Part shown: positions 9,371 to 18,700 of the stretch, one piece after another
How the letters are laid out: every line of letters starts with the position of its first letter
Position numbering within the stretch: the stretch's first letter is position 1
NCBI GenBank assembly: GCA_023416545.1
Contig: JAEZHO010000253.1
Location: 3,049 to 67,048 of the forward strand
Direction: 5' to 3'
Source of the DNA: Pseudomonadota bacterium
GTDB lineage: Bacteria > Pseudomonadota > Alphaproteobacteria > Rhizobiales > Rhizobiaceae
DNA length: 64,000 bases
Program-made: the position numbers and the translations under genes
The notes under the pieces: model-generated
What the model was told of the DNA's origin: nothing
The model's input: only the letters and a program-made list of their open reading frames with translations
Database searches by the model: none

Positions 9371-10873
9371 GTGGACGTGACGACAACCGCATTTTCGGAA
9401 GACCAGAAATCCCGTGTAAATCCAATCATCAAGCCCGGCCAGAACGCGTGGCGCAGCGCTCGCGCGGAGAAGGCTGCCTTTCTCATCGACGGCGCGGAAT
9501 ACTTCCGCCGCCTCGACGACGTGCTGGATGAGGCACGGCGCTCGATCTTCATCATAGGGTGGGACTTCAATCCTTATATCCGTCTGCGCCCAGAGGATCC
9601 CGGGTGCCCGACGCTCGGCGAGCGGCTCCGCAGCCTGGTCGATAGCCGGCCGGAACTGGAAGTCCGGCTGATCGTCTGGGGCATGGGACCGGTCTATTCC
9701 GGCAAGAGCCTGAAGATGTTCGGCAAGATGGATTGGAGCGACCACGAGCGGATCACGCTGAAGTTCGACTTCGATCATCCCCTGCGGGCCAGCCATCATC
9801 AGAAGATAGTCGTCATCGATGACAAGACGGCCTTTCTCGGCGGCATCGACCTGACGGCCCGCCGATGGGACGATCGCGAACATCGGGAGGAGAACCCGCT
9901 CCGCCGATCGCCGGACGGCACGCCTTACGGGCCCGTCCATGATGTCCAGAGCATCGTCACCGGGCAGGCGGCGACCATGATCGGCGACGTTGCACGGCGG
10001 CGGTGGCGAAAGCTGACGGGCGAGACGCTGCAGCCGGTGCCTCCCGTCCCCGGGCCCAACCCGTGGCCGCAGGACCTCACGGCGACCCTGGAGGATTGTT
10101 CGACGGCGCTGGCGCTCACCGAGGCATGGAAATGGAAGGGTCGTCGCGGCCACCGCGAGGCGATCCGACTGACCCATGACGCACTGCGCGCTGCGGAGCG
10201 CCACCTTTACATAGAGACCCAGTATCTCGCCTCGTTCGGCGTCGCCCGGACGATCGCCCGGCGCCTGAAGGAACCCCGCGGGCCGGAGATCGTGGTGATC
10301 GTGACGCGGGAATCCCACGGTTTCTTCGAACAGCTGATGATGGGCAAGAACCGCAACCGTCTCATCCGCAGGCTGATGCGGGCCGACCGCTACAACCGCC
10401 TGCGCGTCTACTATGCCGTGACCCCGGACGGCGAGGGCAAGGACCGCGAAATCGTCGTCCATTCCAAGGTCATCATTGTGGACGACCGGTTCATCCGGGT
10501 CGGCTCCTCCAACCTCAACAATCGCTCCGAAGGCCTCGACACCGAGTGCGACCTTGCCATCGAGACCTACACGGACGAAGGGCGCCGGGCGATCGAGCGC
10601 GTCAGGGACGACCTCATCGCGGAGCATCTCGCCGCATCGCCGCAGGAGGTGTCGGCCCTGATCCGCGAGACGGGATCGCTCCTGGCGGCAATAGACCGGC
10701 TGAACGTCTCGCCGCGCGGGCTTCGCCCGTTCCATGTCGACCCCGGGCCGGGCGAGACGGAATCCGTTCTCGGCACCGGCATCATGGACCCGAAGCAGCC
10801 CTTCTGGCCGATCCGCCCGATGCTGACGCTCGGCAGGCGCGGGTTTACCCGCCTAACCCGCCGCCTGCTTTGA
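9371..10873 (+). CDS. Phospholipase D family protein (cardiolipin synthase-like)
   Basis: Two HKD motifs (HQKIVVIDD, HSKVIIVDD); GTG 9371 with AAGGGG RBS chosen because the promoter overlaps ATG 9314. Confidence 0.88.
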   Translation: MDVTTTAFSEDQKSRVNPIIKPGQNAWRSARAEKAAFLIDGAEYFRRLDDVLDEARRSIFIIGWDFNPYIRLRPEDPGCPTLGERLRSLVDSRPELEVRLIVWGMGPVYSGKSLKMFGKMDWSDHERITLKFDFDHPLRASHHQKIVVIDDKTAFLGGIDLTARRWDDREHREENPLRRSPDGTPYGPVHDVQSIVTGQAATMIGDVARRRWRKLTGETLQPVPPVPGPNPWPQDLTATLEDCSTALALTEAWKWKGRRGHREAIRLTHDALRAAERHLYIETQYLASFGVARTIARRLKEPRGPEIVVIVTRESHGFFEQLMMGKNRNRLIRRLMRADRYNRLRVYYAVTPDGEGKDREIVVHSKVIIVDDRFIRVGSSNLNNRSEGLDTECDLAIETYTDEGRRAIERVRDDLIAEHLAASPQEVSALIRETGSLLAAIDRLNVSPRGLRPFHVDPGPGETESVLGTGIMDPKQPFWPIRPMLTLGRRGFTRLTRRLL

Positions 10874-11800
10874 TATCGGCCGGCGGCGCGGCTGGCGGCG
10901 GAAATACGCCTCGCTTGCGACAAGCATCGGCACGCCCACCATCAGCGGGACGAAGAAGTAGAGGATCCGAAACACCACGAGCGCTCCGATGGCTCCTCCC
11001 GTGGGCAGGATGCCGAGGATCGTCGCCTCCAGCACGCCCAGGCCGCCTGGCACGTGGCTGATAAGCGCCGCGAGGTTAGCCGTCACATAGGCGGTCGCGA
11101 CGGTGAGGTAGTTCGCCGACGCAAGGCCCAGCATGAGCTGGTAGACGCAGGCCGCCACACAGGCGAAGTTGAGCGTGCCGACCACCACCTGACCGAAGGC
11201 GAGACCAAGGGACGGCGGCTGGAAGCTCCACCGGTGGATGACGAGCGGCCGCCGCACCCGCCAGCAGATCAGGAGATACAGAACCGGCACCAGCAGGCAG
11301 GCGCTGCCAAGCAGGACCGCGGAGGTTTCGTTGAGGCCGAGGAGGTCGCCGCCCTGCCCGCGGGTGATGATCAGGGCCAGGCCGGCAAGCGTCATGAGGC
11401 CGATCCCGACGGTGACGCCGCAAAAGATGATGACCTTGGCCACCTGCTCCCCGGAAAGCCCCCATCGCGTGTAGAAACGGTAACGCACCGCCCCGCTGCT
11501 GAGCGCAGCCATTCCCACATTGTGGCCGATGGAGAGGCTGCAGAAGGAGGCAAGCGCAGTCTGGCGATAGGCAAGCGCGTGGCCGGCATAACGGACCGCC
11601 AGCCAGTCGAAGCCGGAAAGACAGGTATAGGAGGCGATCACGAAGACGAAGGCGAGGATCAGCCTCTGCTCGGGAATGGCCGCCACCGAAATCCGGATTT
11701 CCTCGAGACTGTAGCGTCCGAGGCTGCGGTAGACGAGAAAGGCCGCCACCGCGATCGCCAATGCCACCAGAATTCTGAAAAAGCCCTGCCTCGTGACCAT
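10853..11800 (-). CDS. YbhN/UPF0104 (lysylphosphatidylglycerol synthase TM-domain, flippase-like) membrane protein
   Basis: SSGAVRYRFY and HVPGGLGVLEA motifs, multi-TM; ATG 11800 with GGAGAGG RBS. Confidence 0.85.
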   Translation of the reverse strand: MVTRQGFFRILVALAIAVAAFLVYRSLGRYSLEEIRISVAAIPEQRLILAFVFVIASYTCLSGFDWLAVRYAGHALAYRQTALASFCSLSIGHNVGMAALSSGAVRYRFYTRWGLSGEQVAKVIIFCGVTVGIGLMTLAGLALIITRGQGGDLLGLNETSAVLLGSACLLVPVLYLLICWRVRRPLVIHRWSFQPPSLGLAFGQVVVGTLNFACVAACVYQLMLGLASANYLTVATAYVTANLAALISHVPGGLGVLEATILGILPTGGAIGALVVFRILYFFVPLMVGVPMLVASEAYFRRQPRRRPISKQAAG

Positions 11801-11827
11801 CCTCTCCCCTTCCAAATATTCGAACGG

Positions 11828-11854
11828 GGAACGAAAATTGGACAAACGGGTTCC
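11828..11854. promoter_or_regulatory. Overlapping bidirectional putative EcfG/RpoE2 promoter
   Basis: + strand GGAAC-N16-GGTT (11828-11852) and - strand GGAAC-N16-CGTT (11854-11830). Confidence 0.75.
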
Positions 11855-11861
11855 CCCGCTC

Positions 11862-12617
11862 ATGTCAGCCAACCTGCAGCAATCATCAGCCAAGCCCGGC
11901 ACCGTCCTCAAGGTTCTCAGCTACAACGTTCACAGTTGCATCGGCACCGACCGCAAGCTCGATTGTGCGCGCATCGCCGAGGTGATCGCAAGCATCGAAC
12001 CCGATATCATCGGCCTGCAGGAACTCGATGTCGGCCGGCGGCGCACGGGTGGCGCCGACCAGGCGCACATCGTCGCCTCTCTCCTGCGCATGGAATTCCA
12101 TTTCCACGCGGCGCTGCATGTGGCGGAGGAACGCTACGGGGACGCGGTGCTGACAGCGCTGCCCATGCGGCTCGTGAAGGCAGCCATGCTGCCCTCCTCC
12201 GGCGAACAGCGGGGAGCCGTCTGGGCGGAAGTGTCGGCGGGCGAGAAGACAGTCCAGGTTTTCAATACCCATCTCGGCCTGCGCCGCAGGGATCGCGTCA
12301 CCCAGATGCGGACCCTGCTCGGGTCCGGCTGGCTCGGCAAGCCGGAGAACGCCGACAAGCCTCGCATTCTCGTCGGCGACCTGAATTCCATCGGCAGGTC
12401 GGCCTCCTACGGGCTGGTCGCGAAGCATATGAAAGACGTCCAGCTCGCTCCGGGTCGGAGAGCCCGGGCCACCTTTCCGTCGCGCTATCCCGTGATGCGG
12501 CTCGACCATATCTTCGTGTCGGACGACATCGAGGTCCTGGATGCGCAAGTGATCTCCAACCCGCTGACGCGAAGGGCATCGGATCACCTGCCGCTGCTGG
12601 CGACGATCCGCCTGTGA
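11862..12617 (+). CDS. Endonuclease/exonuclease/phosphatase family protein (YbhP-like)
   Basis: LSYNVH, IGLQE, NTHLG, GDLN, LDHIF and SDHLP motifs. Confidence 0.9.
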   Translation: MSANLQQSSAKPGTVLKVLSYNVHSCIGTDRKLDCARIAEVIASIEPDIIGLQELDVGRRRTGGADQAHIVASLLRMEFHFHAALHVAEERYGDAVLTALPMRLVKAAMLPSSGEQRGAVWAEVSAGEKTVQVFNTHLGLRRRDRVTQMRTLLGSGWLGKPENADKPRILVGDLNSIGRSASYGLVAKHMKDVQLAPGRRARATFPSRYPVMRLDHIFVSDDIEVLDAQVISNPLTRRASDHLPLLATIRL

Positions 12618-12804
12618 AGACCGCCTCCCTCTGACCACGAAAGGAACCGGCAGGCGAGTTCGCGCGGTCTGTGCGCCCTCCCCTAGTGCCACTTTTTTAT
12701 GCGGCGGCCCCCTTCGCGAGCATATCCTTATTGACCTCCACCATGTTCGGCCCATTTCTCCCTGAGCGGACTCGACGCTGCCTTTGTTAGAGTGAGGATG
12801 GACG

Positions 12805-14220
12805 ATGTTCGATAATCTCGACGCCACGCTCCTGGCCAGGCTTCAGTTTGCCTTCACGGTTTCCTTCCACATCATCTTCCCGGCATTTTCCATCGGCCTC
12901 GCGAGCTATCTCGCCGTCCTTCAGGGCCTGTGGCTGCGCACGAACGAGAAGGTCTATCTGGAACTTTTCGACTTCTGGAAGACGATCTTCGCCCTGGCGT
13001 TCGGGATGGGTGTCGTCTCCGGAATCGTCATGTCTTACCAGTTCGGCACAAACTGGAGCGTCTTCTCCGACAAGGCCGGGCCCATCATCGGCCCGTTGAT
13101 GGGCTACGAGGTGCTCTCCGCGTTCTTCCTCGAAGCAGGGTTCCTCGGTGTAATGCTCTTCGGCCGTGAACGCGTCGGTCCGGGCCTGCACTTCTTCGCG
13201 ACGATCATGGTCGCCCTCGGAACGCTGATGTCGGCGATCTGGATTCTCGCGGTGAATTCGTGGATGCAGACGCCGGCGGGCTTTGCGATGAACGACGCCG
13301 GCCAGTATGTTCCCGCGGACTGGTGGGCCATCATCTTCAACCCCTCCTTCCCCTACCGGCTGGTCCACATGGTGCTTGCCGCCTACCTGACGACCGCGCT
13401 GGTCGTCGGCGCCGTCGGGGCCTATCACCTCCTGCGCAGGACGTCGCCACTGCGGTCCGGTACGATGTTTTCGATGGCCATGTGGATGCTGACGATCGTC
13501 GCGCCCGTGCAGATCATTGCCGGAGACCTTCACGGCCTCAACACGCTTGAGTACCAGCCGGTCAAGGTCATGGCGATGGAGGGGCATTACAGAAGCTATC
13601 CCGACGGGGCGCCGCTCATCCTGTTCGGCATGCCGAACCCGGAAGAGAAGCGCGTGGACTATGCGTTGGAGATCCCGAAGCTCTCGAGCCTCATCCTCAA
13701 GCACGACCTGAATGCCCCGCTCGCCGGCCTCGATACCGTTCCCGAGGCGCTACAGCCGCCGGTGCCGATCGTCTTCTGGGCATTCCGCATCATGGTCGCC
13801 ATCGGCTTTGCGATGTTCGGGCTCGGACTGTGGAGCCTTTATTGTCGCTGGCGCGGGTCCCTCTACGACAGCGACTGGCTGCATCGCTGCGCCATGGTGA
13901 TGGGGCCGGCAGGCTTCGTCGCCGTTCTGGCGGGCTGGATCACCACCGAGGTGGGACGACAGCCCTTCACCATCTACGGCCACCTGCTGACCGCCGATTC
14001 CGTTTCACCGATCGCGGCGCCGGCCGTCGCCACCTCCCTCATCGCCTTCATCATCGTCTACTTCCTGATCTTCGGCGCGGGGACCTTCTACATTCTCCGG
14101 CTGATGGCCCGCCTGCCGCGCGATCCGATGGGCGATCTGGACGAAGGCCCGATCCGCACGGCGGGGATCACGCCCGCCCCGCAGGCAGCCAAACACGAGG
14201 AGACCCGTCATGGAGCTTGA
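12805..14220 (+). CDS. cydA: Cytochrome bd ubiquinol oxidase subunit I (CioA/short Q-loop type)
   Basis: LARLQFAFTVSFHIIFP, YQFGTNW, FFLEAGF, QPVKVMAMEG and EVGRQP motifs. Confidence 0.96.
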   Translation: MFDNLDATLLARLQFAFTVSFHIIFPAFSIGLASYLAVLQGLWLRTNEKVYLELFDFWKTIFALAFGMGVVSGIVMSYQFGTNWSVFSDKAGPIIGPLMGYEVLSAFFLEAGFLGVMLFGRERVGPGLHFFATIMVALGTLMSAIWILAVNSWMQTPAGFAMNDAGQYVPADWWAIIFNPSFPYRLVHMVLAAYLTTALVVGAVGAYHLLRRTSPLRSGTMFSMAMWMLTIVAPVQIIAGDLHGLNTLEYQPVKVMAMEGHYRSYPDGAPLILFGMPNPEEKRVDYALEIPKLSSLILKHDLNAPLAGLDTVPEALQPPVPIVFWAFRIMVAIGFAMFGLGLWSLYCRWRGSLYDSDWLHRCAMVMGPAGFVAVLAGWITTEVGRQPFTIYGHLLTADSVSPIAAPAVATSLIAFIIVYFLIFGAGTFYILRLMARLPRDPMGDLDEGPIRTAGITPAPQAAKHEETRHGA

Positions 14221-15214
14221 TCTCGCTTTCATCTGGGCTGCCATCATCGCGTTCGCGGTCCTCGCCTACGTCATCCTCGATGGCTTCGACCTCGGCGTGG
14301 GAATTCTTTTCCCGTTCTTCCCGACCAAGGCCGAGAAGGACGTGATGATGAACAGCGTGGCGCCCGTCTGGGACGGCAACGAGACCTGGCTGGTGCTGGG
14401 CGGCGGAGGGCTGCTTGCGGTCTTCCCGCTTGCCTATGCCACCATCCTGCCGGCGCTCTACGTGCCCATTGTCGCCATGCTTCTCGGGCTGATCTTTCGC
14501 GGCGTCGCCTTCGAATACCGCTGGCGCACGAAGCGCGCGGAGCATTTGTGGAACGGCGCCTTCACCGGCGGATCGGTGGTGGCCGCCTTCTCCCAGGGCG
14601 TGGCGCTGGGTGCCCTCGTCCAGGGCATACCGGTCGCGAACCGCGCCTATACCGGCGGCTGGTGGGACTGGCTTACCCCCTTCTCCGTCGTAACCGGGCT
14701 GGCCGTCCTGGTCGGCTATGCCTTGCTCGGAGCCACCTGGCTGATCATGAAGACCACCGGAGAGCTTGCCGAAAGGGCACGGCGCTACGCCTATGTCACC
14801 GGTGTGGGTACGCTGGTGGCCATGGGGATCGTCAGCCTCTGGACCCCATTCCTCGAGCCGCTCTATCTCGATCGCTGGTTCGGATGGCCGACGGCGGCCT
14901 TCAGTTTTATCGTGCCCCTCCTCGTCATCGGCTGTTTCCTGGTCCTGGCCCAGGGCTTGCGTACCGGTCACGACAGCCGGCCCTTCCTGGCGTCACTGGG
15001 CCTCTTCGTCCTCGGCTATATCGGCATCGGGATCAGCTTCTATCCCTATATCGTGCCGACCTCGGTGACGATATGGGATGCCGCGGCTCCCGATGAGAGC
15101 CTCGCATTCCTTCTCGTCGGCGCCGTGGTCCTCGTTCCACTGATCCTCGCCTATACGGCCTACGCCTACTGGGTGTTCCGCGGCAAAGTCAATCCCGAGG
15201 AAGGCTACCACTGA
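14210..15214 (+). CDS. cydB: Cytochrome bd ubiquinol oxidase subunit II
   Basis: LDGFDLGVG, PVWDGNETWL, FRGVAFEYR and C-terminal YWVFRGKV motifs. Confidence 0.96.
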   Translation: MELDLAFIWAAIIAFAVLAYVILDGFDLGVGILFPFFPTKAEKDVMMNSVAPVWDGNETWLVLGGGGLLAVFPLAYATILPALYVPIVAMLLGLIFRGVAFEYRWRTKRAEHLWNGAFTGGSVVAAFSQGVALGALVQGIPVANRAYTGGWWDWLTPFSVVTGLAVLVGYALLGATWLIMKTTGELAERARRYAYVTGVGTLVAMGIVSLWTPFLEPLYLDRWFGWPTAAFSFIVPLLVIGCFLVLAQGLRTGHDSRPFLASLGLFVLGYIGIGISFYPYIVPTSVTIWDAAAPDESLAFLLVGAVVLVPLILAYTAYAYWVFRGKVNPEEGYH

Positions 15215-15327
15215 TGGCGGGACCTGGGACGTTCCGGCGGATCGTCTGGTTCGTCGGCCTCTGGCTTCTGGGCGTCGTCACCGTGGGGATCGTCGGGCTG
15301 ATCATCAAGTTCTGGCTCGGCACCTGA
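15214..15327 (+). CDS. Small membrane protein, DUF2474-like (37 aa), not in ORF track
   Basis: MAGPGTFRRIVWFVGLWLLGVVTVGIVGLIIKFWLGT; TGATG coupling with the cydB stop. Confidence 0.75.
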   Translation: MAGPGTFRRIVWFVGLWLLGVVTVGIVGLIIKFWLGT

Positions 15328-15458
15328 GGCGGCTCGGCAGGGGCCAATACACGGCGCGGTGGCCCTGCGGGTGGACATCATCCGGGCACGCGTTACAGTT
15401 CCCTGACTGGTTCCTGCGGGAACGCGGGATTGCTTGCTCCGGGGGGCACGGGGGGAGC

Positions 15459-16718
15459 ATGGGGGGCGACTGGAAATTGACGGCATATCCAATTCATCAC
15501 AGCGACAGCGACGCGCGCCGGCGCTGGACAACGCTTGTTCTCCTCTGCTGTGCTGTGGTCCTGTCCTTCTCCACGTGGTTTTCCGCAACGGCGATCGCTC
15601 CGGAACTGACCCGCGCATGGGCCCTCTCCCCCGCCGAAGCGGCCTGGCTGACCAACGGCGTCCAGATCGGTTTCGTCGCCGGCGCGCTTCTCGCGAGCCT
15701 CTTCAACCTGCCCGACCTGATCAGGATGAACCGCCTCATGGCAGGATCCGCCGCATTGGCCGTCGCCGCAAATGCAGCACTGCTGCTGGAGCCGTCGCCC
15801 ATTGTCGCGATTTCCTGCCGGATCGTCACGGGCTTCGCGCTCGCCGGCGTCTATCCGCCGGCCCTCAAGCTCGTGTCCACATGGTTCGTGACCGGTCGCG
15901 GCCTCGCCTTCGCCGCCGTGATCGGAGCGATCACGGCGGGATCGGCGCTGCCGCATCTCTTCCGCGGCACGACGTCGGGGATGGGGTGGCAGCAGGTGCT
16001 GGTGATGTCGACCGTCGCGGCGCTCGCAAGCATGGTCCTCTTCCTTTTCTGCGTGCGGGAAGGACCCCACCCCTATGGCAAGGCGGTGTTCGACCCGCGC
16101 CAGATCGGCCGCGTGCTGCGCGACCGCAACATCGCCCTGGTGAACATCGGCTACCTAGGCCACATGTGGGAACTCTACGCCATGTGGGCCTGGCTGCTGG
16201 TCTATCTGACCGCGGCCTTCGAGGCCGGCGGCTTCGGAACCGCCGCGGACGCCTCGCTTCTCACCTTCGCGACCGTCGCCGTGGGCGTTGTCGGATGCTT
16301 CGTCGGCGGCATACTTTCCGACCGTATCGGACGCACCGCGACGACGGCCGGAATGATGATCGTCTCGGGGACCTGCGCGCTTGCCGTTGGCTTGGTCTTC
16401 GACGGACCGGCCTGGCTCCTCACGCTCGTGGTTGTCGTCTGGGGCATCAGCATCATCGGCGATTCCGCGCAGTTCTCCGCCGCCGTCACGGAACTTGCGG
16501 AGCGCAATTATATCGGCACCGCCCTTTCCCTGCAGATGGGGGTGGGGTTTGCGCTGACCATCGGCATGATATGGGGCCTTCCCCGGCTTGCCGAACTGAT
16601 GGGCGGATGGCAATGGACCTTCTCCGTCCTCGCGGTCGGACCATTCGTCGGCGCGGCGGCAATGCTCTACCTGCGGCGCCTTCCTGCCGCGAGACAACTC
16701 GCCAACGGACGCCGCTGA
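15459..16718 (+). CDS. MFS transporter
   Basis: About 12 TM helices; GYLGHMWELYAMW, LSDRIGRT and DSAQFSA motifs; start uncertain. Confidence 0.88.
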   Translation: MGGDWKLTAYPIHHSDSDARRRWTTLVLLCCAVVLSFSTWFSATAIAPELTRAWALSPAEAAWLTNGVQIGFVAGALLASLFNLPDLIRMNRLMAGSAALAVAANAALLLEPSPIVAISCRIVTGFALAGVYPPALKLVSTWFVTGRGLAFAAVIGAITAGSALPHLFRGTTSGMGWQQVLVMSTVAALASMVLFLFCVREGPHPYGKAVFDPRQIGRVLRDRNIALVNIGYLGHMWELYAMWAWLLVYLTAAFEAGGFGTAADASLLTFATVAVGVVGCFVGGILSDRIGRTATTAGMMIVSGTCALAVGLVFDGPAWLLTLVVVVWGISIIGDSAQFSAAVTELAERNYIGTALSLQMGVGFALTIGMIWGLPRLAELMGGWQWTFSVLAVGPFVGAAAMLYLRRLPAARQLANGRR

Positions 16719-16731
16719 AGGCACTTGAAGC

Positions 16732-16753
16732 TTATTATCCAAACGTATAATAA
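16732..16753. promoter_or_regulatory. AT-rich palindrome, putative TetR operator overlapping a sigma70-like promoter
   Basis: TTATTAT-N8-ATAATAA containing TATAAT, with TTGAAG just upstream. Confidence 0.65.
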
Positions 16754-16825
16754 TAGTCGGAATGATGGCATCGCAACCGGTCGGCTTTGCGATTGCCGCC
16801 CCCTCTCTCTTGGACCCAGGCCTCA

Positions 16826-17455
16826 ATGAACGCGCGTCGCAGTTACCATCGTGCCAGCGAGGCCGAGCGGCGGGAAGAGCTGATCGCGGCAACGCTCGAC
16901 TGCATTGCCGAGGCCGGCATCGAGGGCGCGACGGTGAGGCAGATCGCGGCCCGCGCGGGCGTGACGGCCGGATTGATTCGCCACTATTTCACCAGCAAGG
17001 ACCAGATGCTGCAGGCCGCCTACCGGCGGCTGATGAACGGCATCACCGAGACGACGACGGCCGCGGCGAAGGGGGACGACCCGCGCACGCGGCTGCGCCG
17101 GTTCATCGTCGCCAATGTCACGCCGCCGGTCACCGACAGCCGGACGCTGTCCCTCTGGGCCGCCTTCATCAGCCATATCCCGCTCGATCCCGCCTTCGCC
17201 GCCATTCACCGCGAGAGCTATCTCGGCTTCCTCGGCGAACTCGAGAAACTGCTCCGGGATTTCTTCGCAGAGAGCAAGCGTACGGTAAGCGCTGGCGAAT
17301 GCCGCTCCTGCGCGATAGCGCTGAACGGGTTGATCGACGGGCTCTGGCTGGAAGCCACGCTGGCGCCGGATATGTTCAAGGACCATGAAATTGCCGAGAC
17401 GGCTATCGTCTCGGTGGAGGCCCTTCTGAGGCTTCCACCGGGCGAGCTGTCCTGA
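16826..17455 (+). CDS. TetR family regulator (BetI-like C-terminus)
   Basis: TVRQIAARAGVTAGLIRHYF HTH; LIDGLWL C-terminal motif. Confidence 0.92.
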   Translation: MNARRSYHRASEAERREELIAATLDCIAEAGIEGATVRQIAARAGVTAGLIRHYFTSKDQMLQAAYRRLMNGITETTTAAAKGDDPRTRLRRFIVANVTPPVTDSRTLSLWAAFISHIPLDPAFAAIHRESYLGFLGELEKLLRDFFAESKRTVSAGECRSCAIALNGLIDGLWLEATLAPDMFKDHEIAETAIVSVEALLRLPPGELS

Positions 17456-17479
17456 GACCAAGACGATAAAGGAACCATC

Positions 17480-18679
17480 ATGCGCTACGCCTCCATAACC
17501 GACCGTCTGGCCGATCTCGGCTCCGGCCGATGGGCGGTCCACACCGCCGCCCGCCAGATGAAGCAGGAGGGCGCCGATATCATCGAGCTCACCATCGGCG
17601 AGCCGGATGTCGCGCCCGACACGGCGCTGCTGGACATGGCGGCCGGTTCCATGCATTCCGGCCGCATCCGTTATTCGAACGGTCGCGGCGAGCCTTCCGT
17701 CCTGAAGTCCCTGGTCGAGAAATACGCAAAGCGCCGCACCGGCGTGACGGAAGAGAATTTCCTCTGCTTCCCCGGCACCCAGACGGCCCTCTACGCCGTC
17801 ATGACAGGCCTCGTCGAAGCCGGTGACGGCGTGCTCGTGGGCGATCCGCTTTACGCGACCTACGAGGGCGTCATCGCGTCCACCGGTGCGCATCCGGTCA
17901 TGGTACCTCTCCGCCCAGGGAAACGCTTCCACATGCAGGCCGAAGACCTGGAGCGGGCCATCACGCCCGCCTCCCGCGCGGTGCTCCTCAACACGCCGCA
18001 CAATCCGACCGGCGCGGTCCTGACGGCCGACGAGATTTCGGCAATCGGGGAAGTCTGCCGCAAGCACGATCTCTGGATCGTCTGCGACGAGGTCTACGAG
18101 CAGCTGGTCTTCGACGGGGTGCCGTTCGCCTCCCCGTTCGACATGCCCGAACTGGCCGAGCGCACCATCGTGGTATCGTCCATCTCCAAGTCGCATGCGG
18201 CACCAGGTTTCCGCAGCGGCTGGGCCGCCGGCCCTGCGGAGTTCTGCCGTCGTCTCCTGCCGGTTTCGGAAACCATGTTGTTCGGCGTCCAGCCCTTCAT
18301 CGCCGACATGACCGCATTGGCGCTGTCCAGGGATTTCCACATGGCGCCGACCATGCGTGCGAACTACCGCAGGCGCGCGCAGATTGCCGGCGAGGCCTTC
18401 GCAGGCAACAATCTCGTGAGGCCCATGCTGCCGGAAGGCGGGATGTTCATCCTCCTCGACATTTCCGCGACCGGCCTCTCGGGTCTCGAATTCGCCTGGG
18501 AACTGCTGCGGCAGGAAAATGTCGCCGTCATGCCGGGCGGGTCGTTCGGCGAGCAGGCAAACGGCTTCCTCCGCATTTCGCTCACTGTACCCGACGAGGT
18601 GCTGTTGACCGCCATGAAGCGCATCGCCGATCTGGCCGAGCGCCTTGTCAGGCCCGAAGGACGGCGCGCGATCGGCTGA
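17480..18679 (+). CDS. PLP-dependent aminotransferase class I/II
   Basis: TIGEPD, NTPHNPTG, DEVY and SISKSHAAPGFRSG motifs. Confidence 0.93.
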   Translation: MRYASITDRLADLGSGRWAVHTAARQMKQEGADIIELTIGEPDVAPDTALLDMAAGSMHSGRIRYSNGRGEPSVLKSLVEKYAKRRTGVTEENFLCFPGTQTALYAVMTGLVEAGDGVLVGDPLYATYEGVIASTGAHPVMVPLRPGKRFHMQAEDLERAITPASRAVLLNTPHNPTGAVLTADEISAIGEVCRKHDLWIVCDEVYEQLVFDGVPFASPFDMPELAERTIVVSSISKSHAAPGFRSGWAAGPAEFCRRLLPVSETMLFGVQPFIADMTALALSRDFHMAPTMRANYRRRAQIAGEAFAGNNLVRPMLPEGGMFILLDISATGLSGLEFAWELLRQENVAVMPGGSFGEQANGFLRISLTVPDEVLLTAMKRIADLAERLVRPEGRRAIG

Positions 18680-18700
18680 TGCAGCCTCGGGGCGCGCGGA

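Noticed and set aside
9371..12617. PLD plus EEP as an anti-phage nuclease system
   Set aside because: The two-HKD lipid-type PLD, flippase-like neighbour and stress promoters favour lipid metabolism; no helicase, ATPase or methylase partner is present
12643..12670. GGAAC upstream of cydA as an EcfG promoter
   Set aside because: No NNTT -10 element at 16-17 nt spacing
12731..12744. TTGACCTCCACCAT as an FNR box for cydAB
   Set aside because: Three mismatches to TTGAT-N4-ATCAA; equally explained as a -35 element
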